64,000 nt of DNA, taken from Podarcis melisellensis (taxonomy: Eukaryota). The DNA lies in NCBI GenBank assembly GCA_964234715.1, contig OZ174289.1; one strand, 5' to 3'. A model generated the notes under the pieces. It ran no database searches. It saw only the letters and a list, made by a program, of their open reading frames with translations, and had not been told where the DNA came from. The first letter of the stretch is position 1. Each line of letters begins with the position of its first letter. Position numbers and translations under genes: made by a program. This document shows, in pieces, positions 26,761 to 38,865 of the stretch.

Positions 26761-29700
26761 TGAAGGCATGTCTATATATTTGAGCATTATTTGAGCATAG
26801 ATCCTAATGCAGAAGCCTGCTCACTAGATTTTGTATATCTTTTTCTTTTTCGGGTTAAATTGATGAGAAACTTGGTGGGAAGTCACAGCACTGATTGGCT
26901 GATTCCCTGTGATATCACAAAGCTTCTGCCCCTAGTTTCTCAACTAGCATGTATGGGTACGTGCTTTAAATAAAGCAAGGAATATTTTCATTTGAATGAA
27001 TGTATGTATTGCACTTTAAAAATTAAAAAAAAAAATGAGCAGCCTGCCTGAAGCAAGGGTAGGGGGAGAGAATTGACAGTCACTATTCAATTTTTCAGTT
27101 TGAATACCTGTCAATGGCATTCCAGATGCAAAAGAAACAAAGACTCAGCCCCTGGGAAAATATGTACCATAATTATTGTTTTTGCCCCATCTGTGTGCAC
27201 CCAGACTGTGCCAAAGCCTACAGTCCAATCGGTCCGGTTTGTCCTCATCTAGCAGCAGAAATCACCTGAGGCCTCCAGTAGGAACAAAAGGCCTGGAGAC
27301 AAAAAGGTATCTGCCATTCACCCTTCCAAGCTAACAAGTTATTCCTGCTACTCAAGGCTTGTGCCCTCCAGCAGGATGGCTGGCTGTTCTCCCTCAAAGC
27401 GTTTGACCTCACTATTCAGCTTGGCGCAGCTCTTTTCTACTACAGGGGCAGTGTTTTGACTTTGAAAACTTTGTGAGAAGTTCAAGATGGGCAAGCACGC
27501 AAAAACAAAAACACAGAGAGCACTAGCCTGTAGCAAAGCAAGAGGCAACAACCTCAGTTGCCTTTGCAAGAAAGGAGGGTGACACACACACAACACCCCT
27601 GAAAAATAAAACTATAGTGTGGCTTCTTCCATAGCACGCTAAGTACATGCAGCTTAACTACCTTGATACTGCCATACTGGCATACTTACAATAAAAATGG
27701 GTAAGAATGAAGAGGAAAGTAGATTATCAGCCTACACTCAAAACGAATGCTTAAAGTGGGAATTTAAGTCACTCAGAGCTGCTATGCATAGGGATGTCAG
27801 AGAATTCCAGTGGAAATGGAAATGGAAGCAGAAATTGCTGCTGTTCATATGTTCTTCTGTACTCTGGAACAGAAATCAGTCTAGCGAGTATGATAGGTCT
27901 TTGTTCACATTGTTGCTGATGTTTTAAAGTCCCCAAACGATACTTAAATAATGACAGGGTGGTTGTTTTTGTTTACGTGTTTTGACATTTCTTTTACATG
28001 GAATGTAAGTTATGTAAACAGTTACATAATTTACCTAACTCACAGCAAGACACAGTATTTGGCTGAAACCAAACTGCAGTGGAATAGAAATAGCGATGAT
28101 CATGACAAGCACAGGTCAGAGCAGGTATTGCTGCCTTCTTCTATCTCATGATATGCAACTGCTGGGTTTATGGCCCAGACACCAAGCCTGGCTCTGCGCA
28201 CACCCTTTGGACAAAGCAGCATCTTCACATGGGTCACGTATCGATGACCTTCCTGGCATTTTGAAGGCCACTGCTATTGTGGAAATGCCACTCTGCCTCT
28301 TCGTCTGAAGGAAGCAAGAGACCCTGACATCAAGGGTGACACCCGGCACCTGCTCCTAAGCCTGAAGGCCCTGCAAACTATTGGCTGAAATTAAAAATCA
28401 AGCAACAGCCAGTGACAGCTTTATTTTTCACAGGCTGGGGACATATTAAGCCGTGTCCTGAATTTATTTCTATCCCAAGCCCCCTTCAAGCTATCTAGGC
28501 CAGCGAAATTCTAATTTGAATATGACTCACGATGTTAAATAAATTAAAGCCGATGGGTGTCCTCCCCAACAACTTTTCCAGCTTTTGTTGCTTAATGTCA
28601 GAGCTTCAAAGGCCAGCTTTCGAATGTACTTTGGGAGGTGGCGTTTTGCCACATTAACCCACTGGCTATGAAAGAATCACAAAATCATTGCAGTGCCTGG
28701 AGAGAGGCTCAGGCTTAAGACACACTGAAGTCTCCTGCTGCAGAATTGTACTATAATTGCTGTGCATGCAATCACTCTCTTTCGCTCTCCCGCTCCTCTT
28801 TTCATGGTGCATAGAGTTGGTGGTTTCACAGTTCCCCATATCTGCAATTCTCGTGGGTTCCTGTGCAATATAAAGTTGGCTCCCTGCAAACCAAGGTTTG
28901 TAGGTTGGGAGTCCACCTCGGGAATGAACACTCTCTCCATCACCTCTAGCGTGAATTCCCCTCTCCTTTCTTTAGAACTACAAACACGGTTCCCTAATAC
29001 ATTTACACTCATGTTAAGCACAGCAACATTAATCAGGTTCCCCTTTTATCCAGAATTTGAATTCAAGGACTGAAGCAGCTTTGCAAAATCTAGTCAGAAT
29101 TTTTCACGGGTTACCATCAGTGCAGATATAACACTGAATCGTGGTTAGAGTTCACAAAAGAGAAAGGGGTTGGCAAAGAGGGCATGTATTTTAATTCGCT
29201 AACTGCAGTTTACACTGAGCCAGCTTTATGTCTCCACCAGGACAGGACCAGCTCATACATACATGTTCCTCAAGTGGTGATCTGTGTGCATGAATGAGCC
29301 ATCATAGATTTAACTCCGAAAGGGGCAGCTTTCATATCTCCTAACATCCCACTAACTGCATTATATTTCCATGCAGATGTGCCATACAACCCACTGCCCA
29401 TTGCTACTTGTTAGGCAGCCAAGTAGTAAGAATGTAAGAAGTGTCTGCTGGATCAAGCCAGTGGCCCATGCAGTCCAGCATACTGTTCTCACAGTGGCCA
29501 ACCAGCAATGCACACAACCAGGCACCTGCAGCTGGCACCTGCATTTCAGTATTTGCCACCACCACAGTTGAAACAGGATGCAACATTTGACGCTTGGTCC
29601 TCACTGGATCTTGTAGCACAAACTATGCCCAATAATGTTTCCTTGCCATTTACTCCATTAACGGAAGCCCAGAAGGCACTTTCCCTTCAAATCTGATTGC

Positions 29701-30056
29701 CACCATGGGACTGCACAGGCTGCTGAATTTCCGGCTTTCCACTGGATGGAAACACACCTGAATCATCCTGAGTCAGACCAACCACAAGGCAATGTGAGGA
29801 AGCTGCTTCAGGCAGAACATTCTAAGTGAGAAGAGCCTGAGACAAGCCATGGAACACATGAGGCGGAATAATTCTCCTATTCAAGTTTCATTGGAAGACT
29901 ACTGAGAAACTGCCATTAGTCACTGTTTGGCCTTTAGTTCACTCCAGACATTTCCCCCTCTGCCCAGCTCTTTTCCAGTATTAAGAGAGCCAGGAAAAGC
30001 AGAAAGGGAGAAATAACTGAGCTGTTGACTATAGTCAATGAGAAAAAAGGGAACTA

Positions 30057-30272
30057 CAGTGGTACCTCAAGTTAATTCGTTCCGGAGGTCCTTTCTTAAG
30101 CTGAAACTGTGCTTAACCTGAAGCACCACTAGCTAATGGGGCCTCCTGCTGCCCCTGCGCCACCAGAGCACGATTTCTGTTCTCATCCTGAAGCAAAGTT
30201 CTTAACGCAAAGTAATATTTCTGGGTTAGCGGAATCTGTAACCTGAAGTGTACGTAACCCACGGTACCACTG
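30057..30272. mobile_element. Tc1/mariner (Tigger-like) MITE
   Basis: TA-CAGTGGTACC...GGTACCACTG-TA. Confidence 0.85.
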
Positions 30273-30435
30273 TAGATGGAACAACGGTCTCACTTGCCAG
30301 GCAACTTCCCTTATCCTATGGTTTGTATATTATTACACTTATATTTCACCTTTCTCACCCCCCTCCAAGCTGGTTGTCCCCCCTCCCCAATTTGAGAGAC
30401 AGAGACTGGCCCAAGGCACTCAGTGTGTGTCAATA

Positions 30436-30677
30436 CAGTGGTACTTTGGGTTACAGATGCTTCAGGTTACAGACGCTTCAGGTTACAGACTCCGCTAACC
30501 CAGAAAAAGTACCTTGGGTTAAGAACTTTGCTTCAGGATGAGACCAGAAATCGTGCTCCGGAGGCATGGCAGCAGCAGGAGGCCCCATTAGCTAAAGTGG
30601 TACCTCGGGTTAAAAAAAGTTTCAGGTTAAGAACGGACCTGCGGAATGAATTAAGTTCTTAACCCGAGATACCACTG
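30436..30677. mobile_element. Tc1/mariner (Tigger-like) MITE, inverted relative to the 30057 copy
   Basis: Same family, opposite orientation, TA on the left flank. Confidence 0.85.
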
Positions 30678-31678
30678 CACTGAGTGGGGATATAAACACT
30701 GATTTCCCAGGTCCTGGTCTAACATTGCTGGCACTGTACCACACTGGCCCAGTCACATCTTCTCATTTGGTCCATGCTAGTTTTTTTAAGGGGAGTGCCG
30801 GGGGGGGGGGGGGGAGAGAACAATGTGTGTCTCTTCTTTCCTTGCCTGGCTCCTTTTTTTCCCTTTTCTTTTTCTTTTTGCATGCTCAGCAAATAGCTTA
30901 GCATTGAAAGCAACCCCTCTCACAGTAGAAAGGAAGAAAAGCCGGTTCCTGTTCAGAGTTGCTAAAGAATTAGGACTAAAGATCAAATTAAAAATTAATG
31001 TAGATTATGAGTAAAAGTAATAGCTTGACCTAGATAAAAGAAATGCAGGGGAATCACAGCGGGGGGGGGGGGTTGGGGAAATCTAGGCTGGCAAAAAAAC
31101 CAAAAAACAGCTGGGGAACTTGAAACTCTCGAGGCTGCTTCCTTCTGTGGAACGTCATGCCAGCTCTGAATACAACAGGTGGCACCCCGCTGATGCCTTT
31201 GGAAGCAACCCTTTCTCATGCTACACCCCCCCCCCCTTTGTTGAGGGTTTTAACCTGTAAACGTTCAAAACTGAAATCTTACCTCTGAGTTCTATAAGCC
31301 ATCTTTAGTAGAGGGCTTTAAAACAAAACCGCCAATATCGCCGAGCCATTAATCAAATCTATGGTGCAACTCGACTTGGAATGTTGCGTATGGTTCCCCT
31401 GGCTGTCTCTTCTGAATGGTGAATTGCTTGAAAACACTGAGAAAAGGGCAGCCCAAATGATGATGGAGGTACTCAGGAAAATGGGTTGCAGCTTACCCAA
31501 TCCTATTCAGAGTATACCCACTGAAATGAACATAAGAAGAGTCTTTCTGGATCAGGACAGCGGCTCATCTAGCAAAGCCAATCAGATCAGATGCTTTCCC
31601 AGTGGAAAGCCCACAAGCAAGATGTGAGCAAAATATCCTTCTCCCAACCTGCGGTTTCTAGGAATTGGAATTGAGAAG

Positions 31679-32418
31679 CAGTGGCACAACATGAAGGGGA
31701 CAAGAGAGGCGATTGCCCCAGGTTAAAAATTCTGAGGAGCACAATGGGCACCCGCACGATAGGCTGCCACATCAAGGCCGCGTGGCTGAACTCCTCTCAC
31801 CTTCCAGAGCTGCAGGGAGGCAAGCTGTGCCTAGGCTGACCCTTCAGGGCTGGGGTGGTAGCGATGCCTCCCTCTCCCTCGTGGCCAGCGAAGGGACGCA
31901 CTTGCGCACTCCACCCCTGGGCTGGCCAAGAGGAAAGGAGAAGCCAGCTTGGCCTTGTGAACTGCGTAACCTGCCAGGCCTGTGGACAGGAGAGCAGGCA
32001 CTTCGGAGACACACCAGCGCCAGAGCACAAGCAACTCACTCAGATGGGCGCTAGTTGCCTGCCTTGGCTCCAAGACAGCCCCTCTCCTCTCTTCCGCACC
32101 ATGTGGCCTGGTGCCGCATGCCTTGGCCATGTTCTGCGCTCTGTGACGGGGATCCCACAACCCCCTATGACCCCCTACTTCGCCGATGACACTATTATCT
32201 CCCAAAACACCACCAACCAGCTGTGAGCACTGGCCGTCATTTCTCTCTCTCCACAGACACACCCTGAGAGTCGGGAGGAAGTTAGCATGATGGTTTGGCA
32301 CCTCCTCCAAAAATGTATCAGATCATTTACTTCTTTTTCCAGGCACGGATTAAGACTCTTTTACACTCTCTCTTCCTATTCCCCCTTTCTCTTGCACTGG
32401 CAACCCACTGCGCCACTG
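31679..32418. mobile_element. Probable non-autonomous DNA transposon splitting a CR1 fragment
   Basis: Ends CAGTGGCACA / TGCGCCACTG, GC-rich interior; CR1-like sequence stops at 31678 and resumes after 32418; no clear TSD. Confidence 0.45.
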
Positions 32419-33254
32419 CCACCACTGATACTTACCTCCATAAATTTGCCTCGTTCTTTCTTAAAAGCCATCCAAATCAGTGGCCATCACTGCCTCTTGT
32501 GGCAGCAAATTCCATATTTTTAAGAAGTATTTTCCTTGGTCTGTCCTGAATCTTTCAACATTCAGTTTCAGTAGATGTCCATGGGTTCTACTGTTGAGAG
32601 GAAAACCTTTCTCTCTTCACTTTCTCAGCACCATGCATAATTCCATACACAACAATCATGCCAAATTAGTCATATCCTTTCAGTTCAGTGGGTCTGGACC
32701 GAAAAGAACTAACAATGGATACAGCCCAATGAATTATACACTCAGTATAAATTTCTGCACTGCCACTGTGAAATCAGAGAATGCACAGAATCTGGCTCAA
32801 ATCCAGGCAGCTTTCACAAGTGATGCAAGACAGACTTTTACTCATGGAGCCTTAGAAGAGCTCTGTGGCAGAACTGCATGGGCATATTTTTAGTATTTTC
32901 AATAATTCTACTTGATTCATCGTGACCTTTTTTAAAAATACAACCAAATCCAAAGCCTCAGAAATAGAGCTGGTTATCAATATGAATTAACACATCACGT
33001 TGCCATACCGATCCCCTCAGAGGGCAGGAGCTGACAGACACCTCCGCTGAGTCATACAGAATTCATCCTTAGGCTGAGATGTTCAAAGGAAGCAAAGGAA
33101 AAATTCAAGTTGCATTGTTAAGCTGATGTTTACCCAGGCAGTTTTGCCTGCTCCCTCCTCAAAGGACAAAGAGGCAGAAAACCCATGTTAATGCAAATGC
33201 TGCTAATTAAATTAAAAAAGGAGACTCTGCTGGCAAGATCTAAGTTACAAAAAT

Positions 33255-33385
33255 NNNNNNNNNNNNNNNNNNNNNNNNNNNNNNNNNNNNNNNNNNNNNN
33301 NNNNNNNNNNNNNNNNNNNNNNNNNNNNNNNNNNNNNNNNNNNNNNNNNNNNNNNNNNNNNNNNNNNNNNNNNNNNNNNNNNNNN
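33255..33385. other. Run of N (assembly gap, 131 nt)
   Basis: Seen directly. Confidence 0.98.
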
Positions 33386-34058
33386 TCCAAGAATAAGCCA
33401 TGACTGTACTGTGAGTACCCCTGAGCTACACAGACCCTTGGAAAAGGATATTAATCTGCCCACTCTTTTGGTGGCTATTAAAGCTTGTTTTATCTAGGCA
33501 GGCATTCTTTTTTATTTAAAGCCAATAGCAATATTTTGTTGGGAATTTTTTGTTATGATCCTGCTATTGCTGCATATGTGCATTTTTCCTTTTCCTTTTT
33601 AATGCGGCAGTTTTATTTTATTTCCTGATTTATATTTTTTTATTCCACAAGTGGTTTGAGTGTGCTTTTCACAAAAAGGTGGGATGTAAGTGTTAAAAAC
33701 AAACAAGATTCCCAAATCCATATTAGGGCAATACTTTTAATAGCCTGATGAGAGCATTGCAAAACTTTGTGCAAACTTTTAAGTTCTCAAAAGTTTGTTG
33801 AAGTTGCTAAAAATGGTTAGGAAAGGAGACCCCAATTTCCCTCACAGAGCTACATTTATCAGAGTCTGAAGGGAAGAGAGACTGATTCCTAAACCACTTT
33901 CAGAACTGTAGCTCTGTAAGAAAAGGGGTCTCCTAACAACTCCTAACAACTCCAACTCTTAACAAACTACACTTCCCAGAATTCTTTGGGGGAAGTCAGG
34001 TACTTAAAATATATGGTGTGGGTGTGCCCTTTTGTGTGTGAAACAAAACAGCTGCATG

Positions 34059-34222
34059 CAGTGGCGTAGCGTGGGGGTGCAGGGGGGGCCGGCCGCACCG
34101 GGCGCAATATCTGGGGGGGCGCGCTCGCACTCGCAGCTATCTGCCCCTACTAAAATCCACGGGTTAGGGGGCGCAAATTACTTGCCTTGCCCCGGGTGCT
34201 GACAACCCACGCTACGCCACTG
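34059..34222. mobile_element. hAT MITE, same family as 15076-15219
   Basis: Same TIRs; perfect 8-bp TSD gctgcatg; CpGs largely intact. Confidence 0.9.
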
Positions 34223-34880
34223 GCTGCATGTTGGAGACAGCAGCTGTCCTGTAAAGCAGTAACCATCTTCGACCTTTTCATACCCAGGATGCACCTTTAA
34301 CTCAAACAGGCATTTGGGGACCCATTTCTTAATTTCTCACCATATATTTGCATGGTGGCAGTGCTGCTGTTGTGACTTGCCCTTGGATCAGGAAGTGACC
34401 TAGTCGTGGGTTCCGACCCACCATTGAAGACCAATGTAGTAATGTACTACAAGGTCACCCTCACTTTCAATATCCTCAGTCCTGACAACTATACTTGCTC
34501 AAGAACTTCACACATCATAAACCTATACTATGACAACTTACGTTGGGTTCCCAAAGAATCTTGGGAATTTCAGTTTGGGAGAAATAACTAAGAATCCTTG
34601 ACCAAAAACCCTTCATAGAATTCCAGTTTCCAGTATCAGCCTGAGGTTGCTGAAGAGTAAGTAAAGGTATTATTGTGTTAATTAACATAAGTTATAATGC
34701 ATGGGTGCCCCCCACCCTGTAATAACGCATGTTTGACCATCAGATGCTCTAAGATTGTTTGATTGCAACTCCCAACATCCCTTGCCATTAGTCACACTAG
34801 CTGAGGCAGATGGGAGTTAGGTCCATCAACATCAGTAGGGGTTCCCCATTCTTGTTATAATATGAGAGGTTTTTTGGATA

Positions 34881-34885
<5 letters not shown>

Positions 34886-34932
<47 letters not shown>
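34886..34932. repeat. (TA)n microsatellite; second part at 35756-35778
   Basis: Seen directly on both sides of the PLE palindrome. Confidence 0.95.
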
Positions 34933-34934
<2 letters not shown>

Positions 34935-35011
34935 TTTCGTAGATTTTCACGGGTACAGGAATGCAGGTTTTGGTGTCCTCGGGTGTCTTCCCGTGTAAAA
35001 GTTGGGGTGTC

Positions 35012-35055
35012 TAGGCGACGTTTCGACGAGGTCTCACTCGTCATCTTCAGGCTGG
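35012..35055 (-). ncRNA. Minimal type I hammerhead ribozyme motif (inverted copy, sense to MID2 pre-mRNA)
   Basis: Exact reverse complement of 35663-35706. Confidence 0.75.
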
Positions 35056-35662
35056 TGCTTTCGGCTTCTTGTTACTGGAACAGAGCAGGATCTCAGTGTT
35101 TGAGTTCCTATAAATACTGTTGAGGGGGTGTGGTGTATAGCCTCCAATGTTCTGGGCAGAGAGGAAGTTCCCAGGCTAGTGTGCCTTTTCTTCTTTTGTT
35201 CCTTAATTACTTGAGGGATATCTTGAGTGATTTCTTGAGTGATATCCTGAGTACCACTTAGGTGGGTCATTAGGTGTGGATTAGTTGCTAAAGTCTTTGT
35301 GTCTTGACCTCTTGAACTTTGTGAAGAGTTTTTCTGAGAAGATGGCTGTACTGCACTTAGTTGTGCTCTGGCTTGGCTTCGTGTATAGGGGCGAGCTGTG
35401 GTTTTGTGGCCTGTGTCAGCCAGATCTGTGTAGGGATTGCAGGGGGGTGCAGCCACCTAAGTGGTACTCAGGATATCACTCAAGAAATCACTCAAGATAT
35501 CCCTCAAGTAATTAAGGAACAAAAGAAGAAAAGGCACACTAGCCTGGGAACTTCCTCTCTGCCCAGAACATTGGAGGCTATACACCACACCCCCTCAACA
35601 GTATTTATAGGAACTCAAACACTGAGATCCTGCTCTGTTCCAGTAACAAGAAGCCGAAAGCA

Positions 35663-35706
35663 CCAGCCTGAAGATGACGAGTGAGACCTCGTCGAAACGT
35701 CGCCTA
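35663..35706 (+). ncRNA. Minimal type I hammerhead ribozyme motif (PLE-associated)
   Basis: CTGAAGA-T-GACGAG(tgagac)CTCGTC-GAAAC-GTC: intact core, perfect 6-bp stem II, minimal stem III and GUC cleavage triplet; stem I only about 2 bp. Confidence 0.75.
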
Positions 35707-35778
35707 GACACCCCAACTTTTACACGGGAAGACACCCGAGGACACCAAAACCTGCATATATATATATATATATATATA

Positions 35779-36182
35779 CCATTTTTTTGCTCTATAAGAC
35801 TCACTTTTTCCCTCATGAAAAGTAAGGGGAAATGTGTGTACGTCTTATGGAGCGTATGTAGGCTGCGCAGCTATCCCAGAAGCCAGAACAGCAAGAGGGA
35901 TCGCTGCTTTCACTGCGCAGTGATCCCTATTGCTGTTCTGGCTTCTGGGATTCAGAATATTTTTTTCTTGTTTTCCTCCTCCAAAAACTAGGTGCAGAAT
36001 ATTTTTTTCTTGTTTTCCTCCTCGAAAAACTAGGTGCGTCTCGGAGATGACTGGCAGAATCCGAGACCAGGGAGAAGAGTTGGTGGAAGAAGACTGGAGG
36101 AAATTTAAAATTTATTTACAGAAACATTGTAAAATTTTTGAATGTTGATGGTCTGGTGCGTCTTATTTAGCGAAAAATATGG
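35779..36182. mobile_element. Tc1/mariner-pogo-type MITE at the TA tract, with a 42-bp tandem duplication and a foreign insert
   Basis: TIRs ccatttttttgctctataagac / gtcttatttagcgaaaaatatgg; duplication 35953-36036; insert 36042-36148. Confidence 0.7.
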
Positions 36183-37253
36183 TGAGTCACTTTGAGAGCT
36201 TATTTAGCTGGAAAGTGACAAGTAAAAATACCAGTTTTAAGGCCTAATCAGCAGTATACATTTATAGCAGTTATCATACCATAGTCATGGCTTCCTTCAA
36301 AGAATCTTGGAGGCCTGTAGTTTGTTAAGGGTGCTGAGAGCTACTAGGAAGGGAACTCCCCTCAAACAGCTACAATTCCCAGAACTCTGTGGGAAGAGGG
36401 ATTGACCATTCTGGAAATGATAACTGTGAGGGGAATTCAGCAGCATCTGAAGGGCATCAAGCTGCATGGCTATTTTTATAATACTCCATGACAGCAACAA
36501 CTAAGTTTTATATGAATTCTTGCTCATGTTATATTTTTGACTCATCTAAGTGATAAATGGAATCCAATGTCTCTCATTTTTTCTTGTCTCATATTGCGGC
36601 TTCTAATCCAGACCATTCTCTCCTGCAGTTTTATCCTCCCAGTTCATCACATAACTCTTCTGTCGAAACAAACCTCCTCCCAGCATTTTATACTACCAAA
36701 GTAAATTTGCAGAAGAAGCTCAACCCAGACTTGTATAACCAGTTTACAAAGCAAATCCCTCTAAAGCCAGTGAGGGTTTTGTTCTTTGCTTTATGCATAT
36801 CTCTTTCTCTCTCTTCTCTCTCTCTCTCTCTCTCTTTCACATCCCTGGTATTTGAGATGAAAATCCACAGCATAAAGTCCTTTTTATGATTGGAATGACA
36901 TGCCTGTCGATGTAAAACCCAGCATGAATATTTCAGAGTGTTTTGCCAGTTTAAGGTGAACAAAATTTATTTGAAACTGGTAGTGACTGGAAACTTTAGT
37001 ATGAAATGGGTAATGAGTCGAAGTCAGGGGGTGGTTCTTAGATTTACTGCCCACTGTTCAGCAGAAGGCAGCAGGGTGGGTTACAGCAATATATCATAGA
37101 GCATTAAAAACAGTTTAAAACAGTGCTAGAAACTGGGATAGGAATGCCATTTGGCTCCTGGGACCTAGGTTGTGGGCGCCAAAACAAAATGTCTAGCTGC
37201 TTCTCCCCCCCCCTTTTCTCCCTTTTTTTCTGCCCCACTACCAGACCAGGCAC

Positions 37254-37605
37254 GGGACGCGGGTGGCGCTGTGGGTTAAACCACAGAGCCTAGGACTTGC
37301 CGATCAGAAGGTTGGCGGTTCGAATCCCTGCCACGGGGTGAGCTCCCATTGCTCGGTCCCTGCTCCTGCCAACCTAGCAGTTCGAAAGCACGTCAAAGTG
37401 CAAGTAGATAAATAGGTACTGCTCCGGCGGGAAGGTAAACAGCATTTCTGTGAGCTGCTCTGGTTCACCAGAAGCGGCTTTGTCATGCAGGCCACATGAC
37501 CTGGAAGCTGTATGCCAGCTCCCTTGGCCAATAAAGCGAGATGAGCGCCGCAACCCCAGAATCGGCCACGACTGGACCTAATGGTCAGGGGTCCCTTTAC
37601 CTTTT
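37254..37605 (+). mobile_element. Sauria SINE, full length
   Basis: Intact A/B boxes (GGTTCGAATCC), ACCTTT tail, 14-bp TSD taccagaccaggca / tatcagaccaggca. Confidence 0.92.
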
Positions 37606-37639
37606 TATCAGACCAGGCAGTCCACTGGAGGGGGGTAGG

Positions 37640-38060
37640 AATGCTGCCTGGGGAATCAGGTGGTCCACAGGGTAGCACAGTAGGGAAAAAAAGGCTTTTG
37701 CTACCACTCTACCCCACCAAACATTTGATTCACTGAGCAAAGGGACAGCTATATATATATTTCTGCCGGGTGAATCAGGGGGTCTGCATATTAGCGCAGC
37801 CACAAGAGACGCGTCTTTTGCTAACACTCTACCCCACCAAACATCTGATTTGCGGCAGCAAAAAAACCTGTTTAAAAAACTTTTGTTGTTGCTGCTGCCA
37901 GGTGAATCAAGGGGTCTGCAGCGTAGCGTGGCCACAAGGAAAGGCGTCCTTTGCTAGCCCGCCAAACACCTGATTCAGCTGGCAGCAGCAGCAAAAAATA
38001 AATAAACATGTGCCTTTTGCTGCTGCACTGTTGGGATATCAGGTGTCTGGTGGGGGTTGT
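37640..38060. repeat. Degenerate tandem repeat, about 3 units of 117-134 bp
   Basis: Recurrent gaatcagg.ggtc...ttttgcta..actctaccccaccaaaca..tgatt at about 37650, 37767 and 37901. Confidence 0.65.
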
Positions 38061-38559
38061 GCTGCAGAAAAAGACACACGTCTTTTGCTGCCGCCGTGCT
38101 TGGCAGAGCAGCTGGCTATAGCCAGGCAGGTGGAGATGCCAGGTGCCAAGAGTGTCTCCTGGATATCTCCATCCAGTCGCAAAAGGCGCCTGGCTGGTTT
38201 AAAACAAATTGCAATCGCCACTAGAGTGGCTCCTAAAATACGTCTGTCACATGTCAAAGGACAGAGTAGAGACGTGTCTCTTCAGCACATGAATAGGTTC
38301 CTTGTCTAAACAGTGTAACGTGTTACCTGAAAGTATAAATTTCAAGGCATCTTCTCCTACTACCATCCTGATCCTGGTATAATAAATCAGAAAACAACCC
38401 AAAATACTTTGTGAACCTGACCTCAAGGATTCAGTAGGAAATACTGAATAATAAAGCAATAAAGTGTTTCCTAAGAATACAGTATGCCAAAAGCGAGGGT
38501 AAAGAGGTGTGCCTTCAGCATTCACCGAAACCTGTATAATGAAGACACACCTCTATGCT

Positions 38560-38865
38560 AAGGGAGTTCCACAACTTAGAGGCTGCCACAGAGAGTGCCC
38601 TCTCCTGATCTGCCATCACCCCAAGTCTCTGAGGTTAGAGGAACTATCAAGAAGTTCCCCTCTGCCAATCTCAGCATCCAAGAGGGAAAGAAGTGGTCTT
38701 TCAGGTATTTGGGGCCTGACCCGTTCTAGGGCTTTAAAACACTAATGTGAGTGCCTTGAATTAGGCCTGGAAGCAAGCTGGCAATCAGTGCACTTATTTT
38801 AAAACTGGAGTTATGCAAGACTAAAAGTGAACCCCAGCCAGTAATCTGGCTGCTGCATTTTGTAT
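38560..38865 (-). mobile_element. Old L2 fragment
   Basis: agggctttaaa...ccttgaattaggcctggaa...ctggctgctgcattttg is the reverse complement of the QNAAAR / FKAL region of L2 ORF2. Confidence 0.6.

Larger units (their letters stand above)
34931..35757. mobile_element. Penelope-like retroelement (PLE): truncated minus-strand copy with an inverted terminal duplication, inserted in (TA)n
   Basis: Inverted arms 34961-35265 and 35453-35757 (305 bp each, identical translations in the ORF track) around a 187-bp spacer. (TA)n on both flanks; hammerhead motif in each arm. Inverted pLTRs with hammerheads are known PLE features. Confidence 0.8.

Noticed and set aside
33221-33254. Partial match to the expected next MID2 exon (ctgctggcaagatct) beside the gap
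   Set aside because: Short match with an indel, no donor site, and the similarity does not extend.
35034-35684. Duplicated ORFs sharing HLSGTQDITQEITQD...
   Set aside because: A by-product of the PLE inverted repeat; no RT or GIY-YIG domain remains.
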